DNA of 64,000 nucleotides from an uncultured delta proteobacterium (GCA_963810935.1 CAWEPK010000010.1:128001-192000); one strand, 5' to 3'. Counted from the first letter of the stretch, positions 41,955-53,353 are shown. Numbers and translations are program-made. The notes: generated by a model from the letters alone, not told the origin.

Positions 41955-44038
41955 TTATTCGGTCTTTCCCGGCGTCTCTTTCATGGCTGCCTTCCTGGAA
42001 AGCCTTATCCTTCCATTCTGCTCGACCTCGATCACCTTGACCGTCAGTCTCATCGCCCTCCTTCACTATGTCGGAGACCTTCTTCACGTACGTATCGGAA
42101 AGCTGGCTGACATGGACGAGGCCGTCAACGCCGGGCAATATCTCGACTATCGCCCCGAAATCGACTACCCTCCTCACGATGCCCGTGTAGACGGTGCCTA
42201 CCTCGACTTCCCTCGTGATGCCTTTTACGATCTCGATCGCCTTCGCGGCCGAAGCCTCGTCGGAGGAGACGATCCTCACGATCCCGGAGTCCTCTATGTC
42301 GATCTTGACCCCTGTTTGCTCGACGATGCCTTTTATGACCTTTCCGCCCGGGCCTATGACTTCACGTATCTTCTCGGGCCTGATCTTCAGCGTCCAGATG
42401 CGCGGTGCATAGGGCGACATTATTTCTCTCGGTTTCTCCAGCGTCTGCGCCATGGTATCGAGGATGCGGCCGATGCCGTTCTGCGCGAGCCGGACTGCCC
42501 TGCTCATTATTTCCTTTGTGATCCCCTTTACCTTTATGTCCATCTGGACCGCGGTGATGCCGCGCCTGCTGCCTGCGACCTTGAAGTCCATGTCGCCGAG
42601 GGCGTCCTCGTCGCCTAAGATATCGGTAAGGATCACATCATTGCCGTCCTTCAAAAGAAGCCCCATCGCGATGCCCGCGACCGGCTCCTTGACCGGGACG
42701 CCTGCGTCCATCAGAGACAGGCACCCGGCGCAGACCGAGGCCATCGAGGACGAGCCGTTCGATTCGAGTATCTCCGACACTATGCGTATCGTGTACGGGA
42801 AATCGTCCTTGGACGGAAGTATCTGCGAAAGCGCCCGCTCGGCCAGATGGCCGTGGCCTATCTCACGTCTCGACGGCGCCCTCAGGAAACTGACCTCCCC
42901 TACGCTGAAAGGCGGGAAGTTGTAATGGAGCATGAAGGATTTGTAGCTCTCTCCTACGTGGATCGATTCAACCTTCTGCTCGTCGTCCGACGTACCGAAA
43001 GTCGTGACCGCCAGGGCCTGTGTCTCGCCTCTGGTGAATATGGCGGAGCCGTGGGTCCTCGGAAGGGCCGAGACCTCGCACGAAATCGGCCTGATGTCGT
43101 CGGGCGTCCGCCCGTCGATCCTCTTGCCTGTAGCCACGAGCTGGTTCCTCATCGTCTCCTTGACTATCTCGTCGATGGCCTTGCGCACGATCTTCTCGTC
43201 TACGTTCGGGTAGGCCTGAAGGCGGGCGTCCGTAACTTCCTTCACTTTCAGACCCCGCTCCAGCTTAGGCTTTATGGCAAAGGCGGCGAGCAGGTCCTGC
43301 TCCATGGCCGCGCGGATCTCGCTTTTAAGCTCCTCGGGGATCTCCGGCGGCTTAACGGCCCATTTGGCCTTGCCTACCTTCGCTGCGAGCCTGCTCCTGC
43401 ATCTCGATGACGGGCATCATCGTCTTGTGCGCGAGGTCGATCGCCTCGATGAGCGCCTCGCCCTCTATGAAGCCCGCTTCGCCCTCGACCATCATGATCG
43501 CGTCTTTCGAGCCTGCGACAACGATGTTGAGATCGCTATCCTCGGTGTTCGTCGGGTTGATGACGAACTGACCGTCCTTCCTTCCCACCACCACAGCGGC
43601 CAGCGGGCCGAGAAAGGGTATCGGGGAAAGCGTAAGGGCGGCGGAAGCGCCGATCATGCCGAGCACGGCCGGGTCGTTCTCCTGGTCCGCAGAGAGCACC
43701 GTCGCAATGATCTGGGTCTCACGGTGGTAACCCTTCGCGAACGAGGGGCGGAGCGGCCTGTCGATGAGCCGGGAGGTGAGCACTTCCCTTTCGGAGGGAC
43801 GCCCTTCGCGCTTGAAAAAGCCGCCCGGGAACTTGCCCGCCGCATATGACATCTCCTGGTAGTTGACTGTCAGCGGCATAAAGTCGGTAGTCGCCTCTTC
43901 CTTTTCCCCCACCGCCGTTACCAGAACCACGGTATCGCCGTACTGGATTAATACGCTCCCGTCCGCCTGTTTCGCGAGTGACCCCGTGCTGATTGTGAGC
44001 GGTCTGCCGCAGAAATCAATAGTAATCGATTCTCCCAT
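41955..44038 (-). CDS. pnp: polyribonucleotide nucleotidyltransferase (one-base insertions near 43390 and 42048)
   Basis: GGFFKREGRP, SRLIDR, FTRGETQ, SNGSSS, DMDFK, KH and S1; removing two single bases restores a full ORF ending at TAA 41955. Confidence 0.93.
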
Positions 44039-44062
44039 TTTATCTTCCTTCTCTTTTTCCTT

Positions 44063-44332
44063 TTATTTTCTCAAGCCCAGTCTTTCTATGAGCTTCTTGT
44101 ACCTTTCGACGTTCTTTTCTTTCAGGTAGCCGAGGAGCCTTCTCCTGGCGCCGACAAGTATCAGGAGTCCCCTCCGCGAGTTGTGGTCCTTCGAGAACTT
44201 TTTGAAATGCTCCGTGAGCATTTTTATGCGCTCGGTCAAAAGGGCCACCTGAACTTCCGGCGAGCCGGTATCACCTTCGTGAACCTTGAATGCCTCAATG
44301 ATGCCTTGCTTCTGTGACGTGTCTAACGCCAT
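44063..44332 (-). CDS. rpsO: 30S ribosomal protein S15
   Basis: [23 protein letters not shown]. Confidence 0.98.
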   Translation of the reverse strand: MALDTSQKQGIIEAFKVHEGDTGSPEVQVALLTERIKMLTEHFKKFSKDHNSRRGLLILVGARRRLLGYLKEKNVERYKKLIERLGLRK

Positions 44333-44345
44333 TGCTCCTGCCTCC

Positions 44346-45233
44346 TTAACTATTTATTAATCGTTTCATCCTTATGCTTTTGGAATCCGTATCGACACAG
44401 CCGATGCCCAGGAGCGCCCCATCCCTGTTCATTATCCTTGCCAGCTCTCCCTGCTTCCAATCCCTGGAGCCGCTCAAAAGCGGCACGGGCATGCCGTTTT
44501 TCAGGAACTTTTCAAGCACCGGCTCGATAGCGACCCCCTTGACCGCCTGCATGACTTCCTCCAGCGGGATCATGTATTTTACTATATCCTGCTTCGCCTT
44601 CAAAGAGTCGAGGGATACGCAGCGGCTGATGTCGAACTCACCGTGTCGCGTCCGCTTCAGCGTGTGGAGTGCTGCGCCGCACCCCAAGGACGCACCCAGG
44701 TCCTGGGCGATCACCCTGATATACGTACCCTTCGAACAGCTTATCTCCGCGTCCACGTAAGGATGGACGTAATCGAGGAAGGTTATGCCATATACCTCGA
44801 CTTCCTTGTTCGGGGGGTCGATCGAGAGGCCCTGCCGGACCCATTTGTAAAGCGGCTTTCCCTCCACCTTCTTTGAGGAATAGACCGGGATTTTCTGGGT
44901 GATCTTACCTTTGAAGCGCGCGAGCGCTTCCTCGACCACTTCGCGCTCGAATGCGGGCGGCTGCGTGTCGGAAAGGACGGTCCCTTCCATGTCGAACGTG
45001 TCCGTCGTTATGCCGAGGACGAACTTGGCGACATACCGTTTCTCGCCGTTCTCCAGAAAAGGGATCAGCTTCACCCCTTCGTCCATCGCGACCGGGAGTA
45101 TGCCGGTGGCGTTCCTGTCGAGGGTGCCGATATAGCCTATCTTCTTGAATGCATGGAGCCGCTTCAGCCTCTTTATAGCGTCGTAGGAGGTCATCCCCGG
45201 ACTCTTGTCTAAAATCAGAAAGCCGTTAATCAT
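44346..45233 (-). CDS. truB: tRNA pseudouridine(55) synthase
   Basis: [25 protein letters not shown]. Confidence 0.94.
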   Translation of the reverse strand: MINGFLILDKSPGMTSYDAIKRLKRLHAFKKIGYIGTLDRNATGILPVAMDEGVKLIPFLENGEKRYVAKFVLGITTDTFDMEGTVLSDTQPPAFEREVVEEALARFKGKITQKIPVYSSKKVEGKPLYKWVRQGLSIDPPNKEVEVYGITFLDYVHPYVDAEISCSKGTYIRVIAQDLGASLGCGAALHTLKRTRHGEFDISRCVSLDSLKAKQDIVKYMIPLEEVMQAVKGVAIEPVLEKFLKNGMPVPLLSGSRDWKQGELARIMNRDGALLGIGCVDTDSKSIRMKRLINS

Positions 45234-46174
45234 AAAGTAAATGCCCCTACCAAACGGTTCTTTATCGAATCTATCCGTCCTTCTATAACGCAGCCCGCCG
45301 CGTTGCGATGGCCGCCTCCTCCGAAGGAGCGCGCCACGGATGCCACATCGACTGCGCCTTTCGACCTTATGCTTACCTTGTATCTGTCCTCTTCCAGCTC
45401 GCGGATGAGACAGGCGACCTCTACGCTCCCGATTTCCTTGAGGAACTCGACAAACCCCTCCGAGTGCTCGCGGTTTGTGGCCGTCTGCGAGAACATCTCC
45501 TGGCTGACATACGCGGTTGCCACCCTGTCGTCCCGGTGCGTCTCCAGCGTCGCAAGGACCAGGCAGAGCAGGTTGTAGCGCTCCTTAGGATGGCTCTCAT
45601 ATACCGCAGAGGCAACGGAGGCGGGCCTTACGCCCAGGTCCGCCATCTCCTCGCAGATGGAAAAGGCGCGTTTTGTGGTGCTTTCGTAACAGAAGGAGCC
45701 GGTGTCGGTCAGAATGGCCGTGTAGATGTTCGCCGCGATCTCATACGTCAATGGGACGCCGATGGACTTAAATATCAAATAGAGTATCTCCGCAGCCGAA
45801 GAGGCGCGCTCGTCTACGATATTTATCTGCCCGAACGCCTCGTTGGCTTCGTGATGGTCTATGTTGATCAAAATGCCCTTGTGCGCGATAACCTCCCGGC
45901 CGTCGCCCACCCTGTCGAGGTTCCCGCAATCGACGACAAAAACTGCGTCGTAATCCTTCTCCGGCATCTTGTGGAGGACCGTCGGCGGTCTCGGAAGGAA
46001 TGCGTAGCGGTAAGGGACGGGGTCCTTAAGGTACACGGCCGCCTCCTTGCCCATCCCGGTGAGCGCAAAGCAAACGGCGAAAGCCGAGCCTATCGCGTCA
46101 CCGTCCGGGTCGGCGTGCGTCGTCACAAGGAACGTGGCCCCCTTGTCGATCGTCTCCTTAATCCTCCCGAACAC
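45230..46174 (-). CDS. nrnA: DHH family oligoribonuclease/PAP phosphatase
   Basis: PDGDAIGS, IDHH, TDTG, GGGGH. Confidence 0.92.
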   Translation of the reverse strand: MFGRIKETIDKGATFLVTTHADPDGDAIGSAFAVCFALTGMGKEAAVYLKDPVPYRYAFLPRPPTVLHKMPEKDYDAVFVVDCGNLDRVGDGREVIAHKGILINIDHHEANEAFGQINIVDERASSAAEILYLIFKSIGVPLTYEIAANIYTAILTDTGSFCYESTTKRAFSICEEMADLGVRPASVASAVYESHPKERYNLLCLVLATLETHRDDRVATAYVSQEMFSQTATNREHSEGFVEFLKEIGSVEVACLIRELEEDRYKVSIRSKGAVDVASVARSFGGGGHRNAAGCVIEGRIDSIKNRLVGAFTL

Positions 46175-46526
46175 CTTCCACCTTCCCTGATTCCTCCACC
46201 TTCTTCAGAAGCTCATCGATACGGTCCGCCCGGTCCTGCCCCGTGTCCAGCACGAAGGTAAGGTCCGGCGTGATCCTGAGCTTGATCCTGTCGCCCAGAA
46301 TGTGCTTGATGTAGCCCCTTGCGCGTTTGAGCGCCTCGACCGTCTTCGTCTTCTCCTCTTCGCTGCCGTAAACGGAGTAGTGCACCTTAGCGTATTTCAG
46401 GTCTTCGGTCATCCGCACTTCCAGAATCGTGATGAAGCCGATGCCGGGGTCCTTGATCTCCTGCTGGATGATCGTCGAGATTTCTTCGCGGATCTGGTCC
46501 TGCAGGCGGAAGCGTCTATACTTCAT
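46158..46526 (-). CDS. rbfA: 30S ribosome-binding factor A
   Basis: IKDP, DLKYAKV, LRITPDLTF. Confidence 0.95.
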   Translation of the reverse strand: MKYRRFRLQDQIREEISTIIQQEIKDPGIGFITILEVRMTEDLKYAKVHYSVYGSEEEKTKTVEALKRARGYIKHILGDRIKLRITPDLTFVLDTGQDRADRIDELLKKVEESGKVEGVRED

Positions 46527-46815
46527 CTCCTATCACCATGATCTCCGTCTTCGATCCGATCACCTTACCTATATACATCGATTCGATATAACGCGAGATG
46601 CTCTCTATAGTCAAGGCGACGTGGTCCTGCTTTACGCCGACAACGGCGAAGCCGACCGTCGCTTTCTGCCACAGGTTCGTCTGGTCCGCCTCCATGATCG
46701 ATATATTGAACTTCGCCCTGGTCCTCTCGACGATCCTTTTTATGGCCTGCCTCTTTTCCTTTAACGAGTGGTTCTCCGGCAGGAAAATCTCAAGCCTGGA
46801 GATGCCTACCACCAT
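46516..46815 (-). CDS. DUF503 (YlxP-like) protein
   Basis: SLKEKR, KFNISIME; usual position between infB and rbfA. Confidence 0.9.
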   Translation of the reverse strand: MVVGISRLEIFLPENHSLKEKRQAIKRIVERTRAKFNISIMEADQTNLWQKATVGFAVVGVKQDHVALTIESISRYIESMYIGKVIGSKTEIMVIGDEV

Positions 46816-46821
46816 TTTGCA

Positions 46822-49449
46822 CTAAAGCGTCCGCTTCTGCTCTTCCTCGACATAGAATTCAATCCTGTCGCCTTCCTGTATGTCGTTGAAGCCCTCGACC
46901 GAGACGCCGCACTCATAGCCGGCCGTCACCTCCCTGACGTCGTCCTTGAAACGCTTCAGGGATGCTATCTTGCCGGAGAAAAGCGTCTGTTCGCCCCTTA
47001 CAACCTTGGCCGTCGAAGTCCTCGTGACCTTGCCTTCCGTAACGTAGCAGCCGGCGATCGTACCTATCTTCGAGACGGAAAAAGTCTTTCTCACCTCGAC
47101 CGCTCCTATCTTTACCTCCACGATGCGCGGGGCAAGGAGGCCTTCCATGGCCTTCCTGACGTCGTCGATCATGTCATAAATTACAGAATAAGTCCTGATG
47201 TCGACTTTTTCCTGGTCCGCCAGTGTCTGGGTCTTGGCCATAGGCTTGACGTTGAACCCGATAATAACCGCTCCCGACGCCATGGCAAGGTTGACGTCCG
47301 TCTCCGTGATGGTGCCTACGCCGCTGTGGATAACGTTTATCTCCACGGCGTCGGTGGAGAGCTTCTTGAGCGCCTCTCCTATGGCGTCGAGGGTACCCCT
47401 CGCGTCGCCCTTCAGGACTACGTTGAGCGTCAGCTTGGCGGTCTCGCCCATCTTCGAGTAAAGCTCATCCAGGGTGATGCGGGCATTCTTGACCTGCTCC
47501 TGCTCCCTCATCTTCTCCTGCCTGAAACGCGAGACCTCCCTGGCGTATCGTTCCTCCGTGGTAGCGATGAACGGGTCGCCCGCCTTCGGCACGTCGGAGA
47601 AGCCGACAACCATTACGGGGGTTGCCGGGGGCGCTTTCTGTATCCTCTTGCCCTTGTCGTCGATCAGGGCCCTGACCCTGCCGAACGCGGTCCCGGCGAC
47701 GAACGGGTCCTGTATCTTCAGCGTGCCTTCCTGGATAATGACCGTCCCGAACGGGCCGTGCCCCTTATCGAGGCCCGACTCAATTATGATGCCCTTGGCC
47801 GACTTATCCGGGTTCGCTTTAAGCTCGAGCATGTCCGACTGCAGGAGTATAAGCTCCAATAACTCCTCTATGCCCGTCTTCTTTTTTGCCGATATCTTGG
47901 CTGCGAGCGTTGTTCCGCCCCATTCTTCCGGCTGTAGGCCGAGCTCCGTCAGCTCTTTCATGACCTTGTCCGGGTTCGCGTTCGCCTTGTCGATCTTATT
48001 GACTGCGACGATGATCGGGACGCCCGCCGCCTTGGCGTGGTCTATGGCCTCCCTCGTCTGCGGCATGACGCCGTCATCGGCAGCCACGACCAGCACTACG
48101 ATATCGGTGACCAGCGCACCTCTCGCCCTCATGGCGGTGAACGCCTCATGGCCGGGCGTATCGACAAAGGTGATCTCTTTCTTGTTAACCTTGGCTACGT
48201 AGGCGCCGATGTGCTGGGTGATGCCGCCCGCTTCATGCTCCGCGACGCTCGTATTTCTTATAGTATCGAGAAGCAGCGTCTTTCCGTGGTCGACGTGGCC
48301 CATGATCGTGACTACCGGGGACCTGGGCTTCAGGTCTTTTACGTCTTCCGCCCTCTGCTGCTCGTCCTCCCGCGTCATGAACTCTTCTTCGACCGACATG
48401 ATACGCTCTACGTCGAAGCCCGCGTCGATGGCCACCAACTGTGCCGTTTCGTATTCTATCGTCTGGTTGACATTGCTGATGGTGCCTAGACGGAGGAGCT
48501 TGGCTATTACTTCGGAAGCCTTGAGGGAAAGCCTTTTCGCCAGCTCGCCCACCTGGATCCGCTCGGCGATCTTGACGACCTTCCGAGCCGGCCTCGATTC
48601 GCCCTTTTTCTCGTCGTCGGTCCTGTCGTCCCTTCTGCCGGACCTGTCCTTCCTGAAGGGGAGCATCTTGCCCTTCTGCCTGCGGAACGCGTAAAGGTCT
48701 TCCTCTTTTATGACGACCTTCCGCTTTCCCGGGGCCTTGCCCTTCAGCTTCGCTTCTTCGATCTCTTCTTCTTCTATCTTCTTCGCGAGGCGCTCGGCCT
48801 TCTTCTTTTTCCGCTCCTCCTCTGTCTCCTGGTCTTCGACGAGGACAAACTCCTTGTTGAGGTCCTGCTTGTAAACCTCCTCAAGCGCCCGTGTGATCTC
48901 CTGTTTCTTCTCTTCGGCTATGCCTTCGCCGTCGGTCTTCGCCGCCTCTTCGACCGCCCGGACGCCTTCAGCCTGCGGGCCCGCTGCCTCCCCGGCTGCT
49001 TCCGCATTCTCCTCTTCGGCTTCCGCCTTGTGCGCCTCATCGACGCGCTCTATCATCTCTATCTTCGGGCGGCTTGCGGCTTTCTTCGGCTTCTCCTGCT
49101 TGACCAGCTCGACGACCGGCTCTTCGGCGCCCTTACGCTCCGGCGCTGCCTTAGCGGACACCTGCCCTTCCTTCTCGGCCTGCGCAGCTTCCTCGACTTC
49201 GGGCTCGGGTTCTTTTACAGCTTCTTTCACCTCGGCGGGTGGAGTCTGGACCCTTCTTCTTATAACAGTGGAGGCTACCCTTTTTTCTATGACAGTCTCT
49301 CCGGAGGCGGTAGACGTCTTCTTCTCGGCCGCCTGCTCCTCCTGTTCTTTTTCCTTATCCTTTATCTTTACCCCTATGCCTTTCAGCCTCGATAAGATCT
49401 CTTCGTCCTTGATCTTATCGGTCAGGGTCGTTATCTTGATTTTCGCCAT
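46822..49449 (-). CDS. infB: translation initiation factor IF-2
   Basis: GHVDHGKT, DTPGH, NKID, SLKRFKDDV. Confidence 0.98.
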   Translation of the reverse strand: MAKIKITTLTDKIKDEEILSRLKGIGVKIKDKEKEQEEQAAEKKTSTASGETVIEKRVASTVIRRRVQTPPAEVKEAVKEPEPEVEEAAQAEKEGQVSAKAAPERKGAEEPVVELVKQEKPKKAASRPKIEMIERVDEAHKAEAEEENAEAAGEAAGPQAEGVRAVEEAAKTDGEGIAEEKKQEITRALEEVYKQDLNKEFVLVEDQETEEERKKKKAERLAKKIEEEEIEEAKLKGKAPGKRKVVIKEEDLYAFRRQKGKMLPFRKDRSGRRDDRTDDEKKGESRPARKVVKIAERIQVGELAKRLSLKASEVIAKLLRLGTISNVNQTIEYETAQLVAIDAGFDVERIMSVEEEFMTREDEQQRAEDVKDLKPRSPVVTIMGHVDHGKTLLLDTIRNTSVAEHEAGGITQHIGAYVAKVNKKEITFVDTPGHEAFTAMRARGALVTDIVVLVVAADDGVMPQTREAIDHAKAAGVPIIVAVNKIDKANANPDKVMKELTELGLQPEEWGGTTLAAKISAKKKTGIEELLELILLQSDMLELKANPDKSAKGIIIESGLDKGHGPFGTVIIQEGTLKIQDPFVAGTAFGRVRALIDDKGKRIQKAPPATPVMVVGFSDVPKAGDPFIATTEERYAREVSRFRQEKMREQEQVKNARITLDELYSKMGETAKLTLNVVLKGDARGTLDAIGEALKKLSTDAVEINVIHSGVGTITETDVNLAMASGAVIIGFNVKPMAKTQTLADQEKVDIRTYSVIYDMIDDVRKAMEGLLAPRIVEVKIGAVEVRKTFSVSKIGTIAGCYVTEGKVTRTSTAKVVRGEQTLFSGKIASLKRFKDDVREVTAGYECGVSVEGFNDIQEGDRIEFYVEEEQKRTL

Positions 49450-49544
49450 TCTTCAGCCTCCCTTGTTCTACCGCCGCATAAGGCCCCAAAACATTCCCGA
49501 ACGCACCTTCCATGCGGCCTGCCGGTCCATCTCCCCTGCGTCTG

Positions 49545-50915
49545 CTACTGGCGCTCCTCGGCCGCCTTCTCCTCCGGCTGCGGCGTTTCAGCCGCCCCCT
49601 CGCTGGCCTCCGGTTTTTGCGCCTCTGCGCTCTCTTCTACGGCACTTGGCGCCTCTGCGGCACGTGTCTTTTCCGCCTCTATGTCGATGATGGCCTTTTT
49701 GGCATTTTCGATTATCCTGGCGCAATCCTCAATCGAGATGCTGGTGATCTTGTTCAGCTCTTCAGGCGAAAGCCGCACTATATCGCTCATGTCTCTCAGG
49801 TACTCGTCGAAGAGTATGCGGGCTAGTATATCGTTGACCTGCAGCCTGCTGGTCAACTCTTCGATGACCTTGCGCGACGTCTTTTCGACCTCCGTTTCGC
49901 TCTTTATATCCGTCTTCCATCCCGTGAGCCGGGAAGCGAGCCGCACGTTCTGGCCTTTCTTGCCTATTGCCAGCGAAAGCTGATCGTCGTGGACGATGAT
50001 CTCCATCGAGTGCTCGTCCTCGTTGATATAAACCTTCGAAACCCTCGCCGGAGCAAGGGCGTTGCAAACGAACTTGGCCGCGTCCTTGCTCCAGGGGATG
50101 ATGTCTATCTTCTCGCCTTTTAGTTCCTGCACGACCGCCTGGACCCTCGACCCCTTCACGCCCACGCAGGCGCCGATGGGGTCTATGCTCGCGTCCTGGC
50201 TGTAGACTGCGATTTTCGCCCTCTCGCCCGGCTCGCGTGCAGCACCCACCACTTTTATGATGCCCTGCTGTATCTCCGGCACCTCTATCTCGAAAAGCTT
50301 GACGAGGAAACCGGGGTGGCTCCTGGACAACAATATCGTGCAGCCCCTCTGCGTCTTTTCAACGTCGAGGATATACCCTTTAACCCTGTCCCGCCGCTTG
50401 AATACTTCGGTAGGTATTACCTCTTTGAACGAAAGTATGGCTTCCGTCTTACCGAGGTTTACTACGTAGTGGCTTTTTTCGACTCTCTGGATCACGCCGG
50501 TGACGATTTCGCTCTTCTTGTCCTTGTACTCGTTATAGATGACGTCGCTCTCGGCGTTCCGCACCTTCTGCATAATGACCTGTTTGGCCGTCTGCGCCGC
50601 GATCCGGCCGAGCGTCGAGGTGTCCATCTTTATACCGATGCTGTCTCCCAGGATGCACTCGGGGTCATGCTCTTTCGCGTCCTCGGCAGATATCTCCATA
50701 TCGTCGTCTTCCACGTCCTCGACGACCGTCTTGAACCGAAAGATCTCTATCTCTCCTGCCTCAGGGTTATACTTGGCCTCGAGGTCAAGGTGGTTTCCGA
50801 ATTTCTTCTTGGATGCCGAAAGGACAGCTTCTTCGAGCGTCTCTATTATGATCTCCTTCGGGATCCCTTTTTCTTTCCCCACCTGTTCTATGACGTAATT
50901 CAAGTCAAAATACAT
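49545..50915 (-). CDS. nusA: transcription termination factor NusA
   Basis: RIAAQTAKQV, AREPGERAK, LAIGKKGQNVRLA. Confidence 0.98.
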   Translation of the reverse strand: MYFDLNYVIEQVGKEKGIPKEIIIETLEEAVLSASKKKFGNHLDLEAKYNPEAGEIEIFRFKTVVEDVEDDDMEISAEDAKEHDPECILGDSIGIKMDTSTLGRIAAQTAKQVIMQKVRNAESDVIYNEYKDKKSEIVTGVIQRVEKSHYVVNLGKTEAILSFKEVIPTEVFKRRDRVKGYILDVEKTQRGCTILLSRSHPGFLVKLFEIEVPEIQQGIIKVVGAAREPGERAKIAVYSQDASIDPIGACVGVKGSRVQAVVQELKGEKIDIIPWSKDAAKFVCNALAPARVSKVYINEDEHSMEIIVHDDQLSLAIGKKGQNVRLASRLTGWKTDIKSETEVEKTSRKVIEELTSRLQVNDILARILFDEYLRDMSDIVRLSPEELNKITSISIEDCARIIENAKKAIIDIEAEKTRAAEAPSAVEESAEAQKPEASEGAAETPQPEEKAAEERQ

Positions 50916-50924
50916 ATCGCTCCC

Positions 50925-51392
50925 CTATAGCTCAAATTCGAGATTTGCCTTCTTTATGACTTCGAGAGGGATCGTGTACGTCTCCCCCCCTTCCTGCACT
51001 TCGACCTCGTCCTCTCCCACCCGCGCGATCTCGCCCGTGAACTCGTTCCTTCCGGCGATGGACGATCTCGTTACGATCCGGCACCTCTTGCCCGCATACC
51101 TCTCGAAGTCGGCCCTTTTCTTCAATTGCCTCGTAAGGCCGGGCGAAGAAACTTCCAGGACGTACGGGTGGTCGATAACGTTCTCTACATCGAGGAGCTT
51201 GTCGAGCTCCCTGCTGACATGCACACAGTCCGCTATTGCAACCCCGCCTTCCTTGTCGATAAAGATTCTCAAAAGCCACCGTTTGCCGGATGGCTGAAAG
51301 TCAATATCGACAAGCTCGAGCGCTGATTCCCGAAGGATCGGCTCTACGGCGCGGCTTACCCTCTCGATGATCTCCTGCGGGGTGCCTTCCAT
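50925..51392 (-). CDS. rimP: ribosome maturation factor RimP
   Basis: LRIFIDK, LEVSSPGL.R.L. Confidence 0.96.
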   Translation of the reverse strand: MEGTPQEIIERVSRAVEPILRESALELVDIDFQPSGKRWLLRIFIDKEGGVAIADCVHVSRELDKLLDVENVIDHPYVLEVSSPGLTRQLKKRADFERYAGKRCRIVTRSSIAGRNEFTGEIARVGEDEVEVQEGGETYTIPLEVIKKANLEFEL

Positions 51393-51403
51393 GTCCCAAA
51401 ATT

Positions 51404-51428
51404 AAAAAAGCGGGGTAAACCCACTTTT
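51404..51428 (-). promoter_or_regulatory. rimP leader hairpin
   Basis: AAAAGTGGG-TTTAC-CCCGCTTTTTT immediately 5' of rimP. Confidence 0.6.
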
Positions 51429-51525
51429 CAACGTAAAATAATAACATGTTACTTCAATTATTTCAATAAACTAATAATGGGACCTGTTGGCCGGCCGGCC
51501 GGATAAGCGCAACCCTGGCGCGGTC

Positions 51526-51855
51526 TTATCGCCAGCCGCCTGTAAGATGAAGATGGAGGTGGAAAATGATCTGGCCGGCCCCCCTCTCCACGTTGACGGC
51601 AAGCCTGTATCCCGACCTTGCAACGCCCATTTCTTCAGCGATCTCTGGCGCTTTCATGAACATCGCCGCTATGATGTCCCGGTCCGCGGGCGTAAGGTCG
51701 TTGACGCTCCGTATATGCTTTTTCGGGACAATCAGCACGTGCACGGGGGCATGGGGATGTATGTCCCTGAACGCCAGAAGGGTCTCGTCCGCGTAGATGA
51801 TGTCCGCCTCTTTTTTTCCGGCGGCTATCAGGCAAAACGGGCAATTCTCTTCCAA
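51526..51855 (-). CDS. HIT family nucleotide-binding protein
   Basis: CPFC, HVLIVPKKH, HLHLH. Confidence 0.93.
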   Translation of the reverse strand: MEENCPFCLIAAGKKEADIIYADETLLAFRDIHPHAPVHVLIVPKKHIRSVNDLTPADRDIIAAMFMKAPEIAEEMGVARSGYRLAVNVERGAGQIIFHLHLHLTGGWR

Positions 51856-51884
51856 GCCGCCCCCTTTTTGCAGTTATTCGTTCG

Positions 51885-52091
51885 CTAGACCGCCTTTGAG
51901 GCCTTACTTATAAGCTCAATGAAATCGTCGATCCGGTCGGTCTGGACGGTGACCCCTTTTTTGGTCGGCTTCCACTCGCCGGCGTCGTCCTCAAAATAGA
52001 TCCTTATGTCGAGATATTTCCGCCCCTTGTACTCCTCCATGCTGACGCGGAGCACCTCCGTCTCTCCCCTTTCAATCTCACCTATGACCAT
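51885..52091 (-). CDS. PC4/p15 family ssDNA-binding protein
   Basis: YLDIRIY...WKPTKKGV. Confidence 0.88.
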   Translation of the reverse strand: MVIGEIERGETEVLRVSMEEYKGRKYLDIRIYFEDDAGEWKPTKKGVTVQTDRIDDFIELISKASKAV

Positions 52092-52210
52092 TATGAGCCT
52101 CCTTCAGGATATGACTGCGTCGTTCCTAAAGATATGACGGCGCCCGGATGGCTGCAACGATTAAAGCGGCCGGCCGGCCTTTCACGGACGAAACTCCTCC
52201 ACCGCCCCGG

Positions 52211-52741
52211 TTATCCATCGGGAGGCCGCCGGTCCTCCCGCTTCTTTACGATCTCGACAATCCTCCAGCGGCCTTCCTTCGTCCTCGCCATCCTGAAAGT
52301 GATGTCGGATTTACCCTTCGGCTTCACCATTGCCGTGTCCCCCGTCACCTCTATATTGAGGTACCAGACGCTCGCCCGCTTGATGTCATGAAAATAGCCC
52401 GATTCACCGGAAGAGGCGATTGCCTCCTTCAGTTCCCTCCTTAGGGCTTCCTTGATGGCCGGCATGACGATGGCCGCTGCCTGCCTTCCCAGTGCGATCC
52501 CCGCCAGGGCCATAGGATTGTCCGCCTTCTTCTCGTACCTGTCGAACGTGTCCCTCGCCATGCAATCGACCACGCTGTCCACGTCGATATACTGCATCGC
52601 CCCCTCCGCGTCATGCGCAAGCAACGCACTCCTCAGCTCGTCGAGCGACCGGCGCGGCGACCCGGCTGTAGTACATCCGAAAAGTAATAGGGTGAGCAGG
52701 AATAAAGCAAGAGGTAACGTCGAGTGCTTCCGCATCATCAT
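52211..52741 (-). CDS. hypothetical lipoprotein (DUF2939-like)
   Basis: Lipobox LFGC; YID..SV; GRWRIV. Confidence 0.65.
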   Translation of the reverse strand: MMMRKHSTLPLALFLLTLLLFGCTTAGSPRRSLDELRSALLAHDAEGAMQYIDVDSVVDCMARDTFDRYEKKADNPMALAGIALGRQAAAIVMPAIKEALRRELKEAIASSGESGYFHDIKRASVWYLNIEVTGDTAMVKPKGKSDITFRMARTKEGRWRIVEIVKKREDRRPPDG

Positions 52742-52843
52742 TGTTTCTATATACCACAGACCGGAGAGCGCTTAAAGGGCCCCTTAAAAAGCGCTTCCCG
52801 TCGGCCGGCAGGTGGTCTATACTAGTGTAGCTTAGGAGGCGCC

Positions 52844-53353
52844 GTGACAAAGAAGAAAATGTTCTGTAACTTCTGCGCGGGCGAGCTGGAAGAGAGGCAG
52901 GTAGAAGGCATGGTGCGGCAGGTGTGCCCTGGCTGCGGCCATATCTACTACGAGAACCCCCTGCCTGTCGTTTCCGTGATAGTCGCGAACGAAAAGGGCG
53001 AGCTGCTTATGGTAAAGAGGGCCATGGAGCCGGCAAAGGACACGTGGTGCTTCCCTATAGGTTTTTTAGAATGCGGCGAGACGGTTGAAGAGGCGGCCTT
53101 GAGGGAGCTTAAGGAAGAGGCAGGCATAGAAGGGAAGATCATCCGCCTTTTCGACGTAAGCTCCGACGCCACAGGGACCTACGGGGAAGTCATTGTTGCC
53201 ACGTATCTTGCCGAAAAAACAGGGGGAATGGAGGCAGCGGGCGACGATGCCTGCGATACAGGCTATTTTTCTCCGGACAGCCCGCCGGAGCTTGCCTTCC
53301 CGTCGCAGAGGCGGGCCCTTGCCCTCTATATGTCTGAAAAGGACAGCGCGTAG
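52844..53353 (+). CDS. NUDIX hydrolase with zinc ribbon
   Basis: FCNFCAG, CPGCG..YENP, GFLECGETVEEAALRELKEEAG. Confidence 0.92.
   Translation: MTKKKMFCNFCAGELEERQVEGMVRQVCPGCGHIYYENPLPVVSVIVANEKGELLMVKRAMEPAKDTWCFPIGFLECGETVEEAALRELKEEAGIEGKIIRLFDVSSDATGTYGEVIVATYLAEKTGGMEAAGDDACDTGYFSPDSPPELAFPSQRRALALYMSEKDSA

Noticed and set aside
39409..44038. pnp and xerD as true pseudogenes or programmed frameshifts
   Set aside because: No slippery sequences or other decay; the lesions share one motif, which fits a sequencing artefact.
48700..49700. Repeat-like low-complexity DNA
   Set aside because: Explained by Glu/Lys/Ala-rich linkers of IF-2 and NusA.
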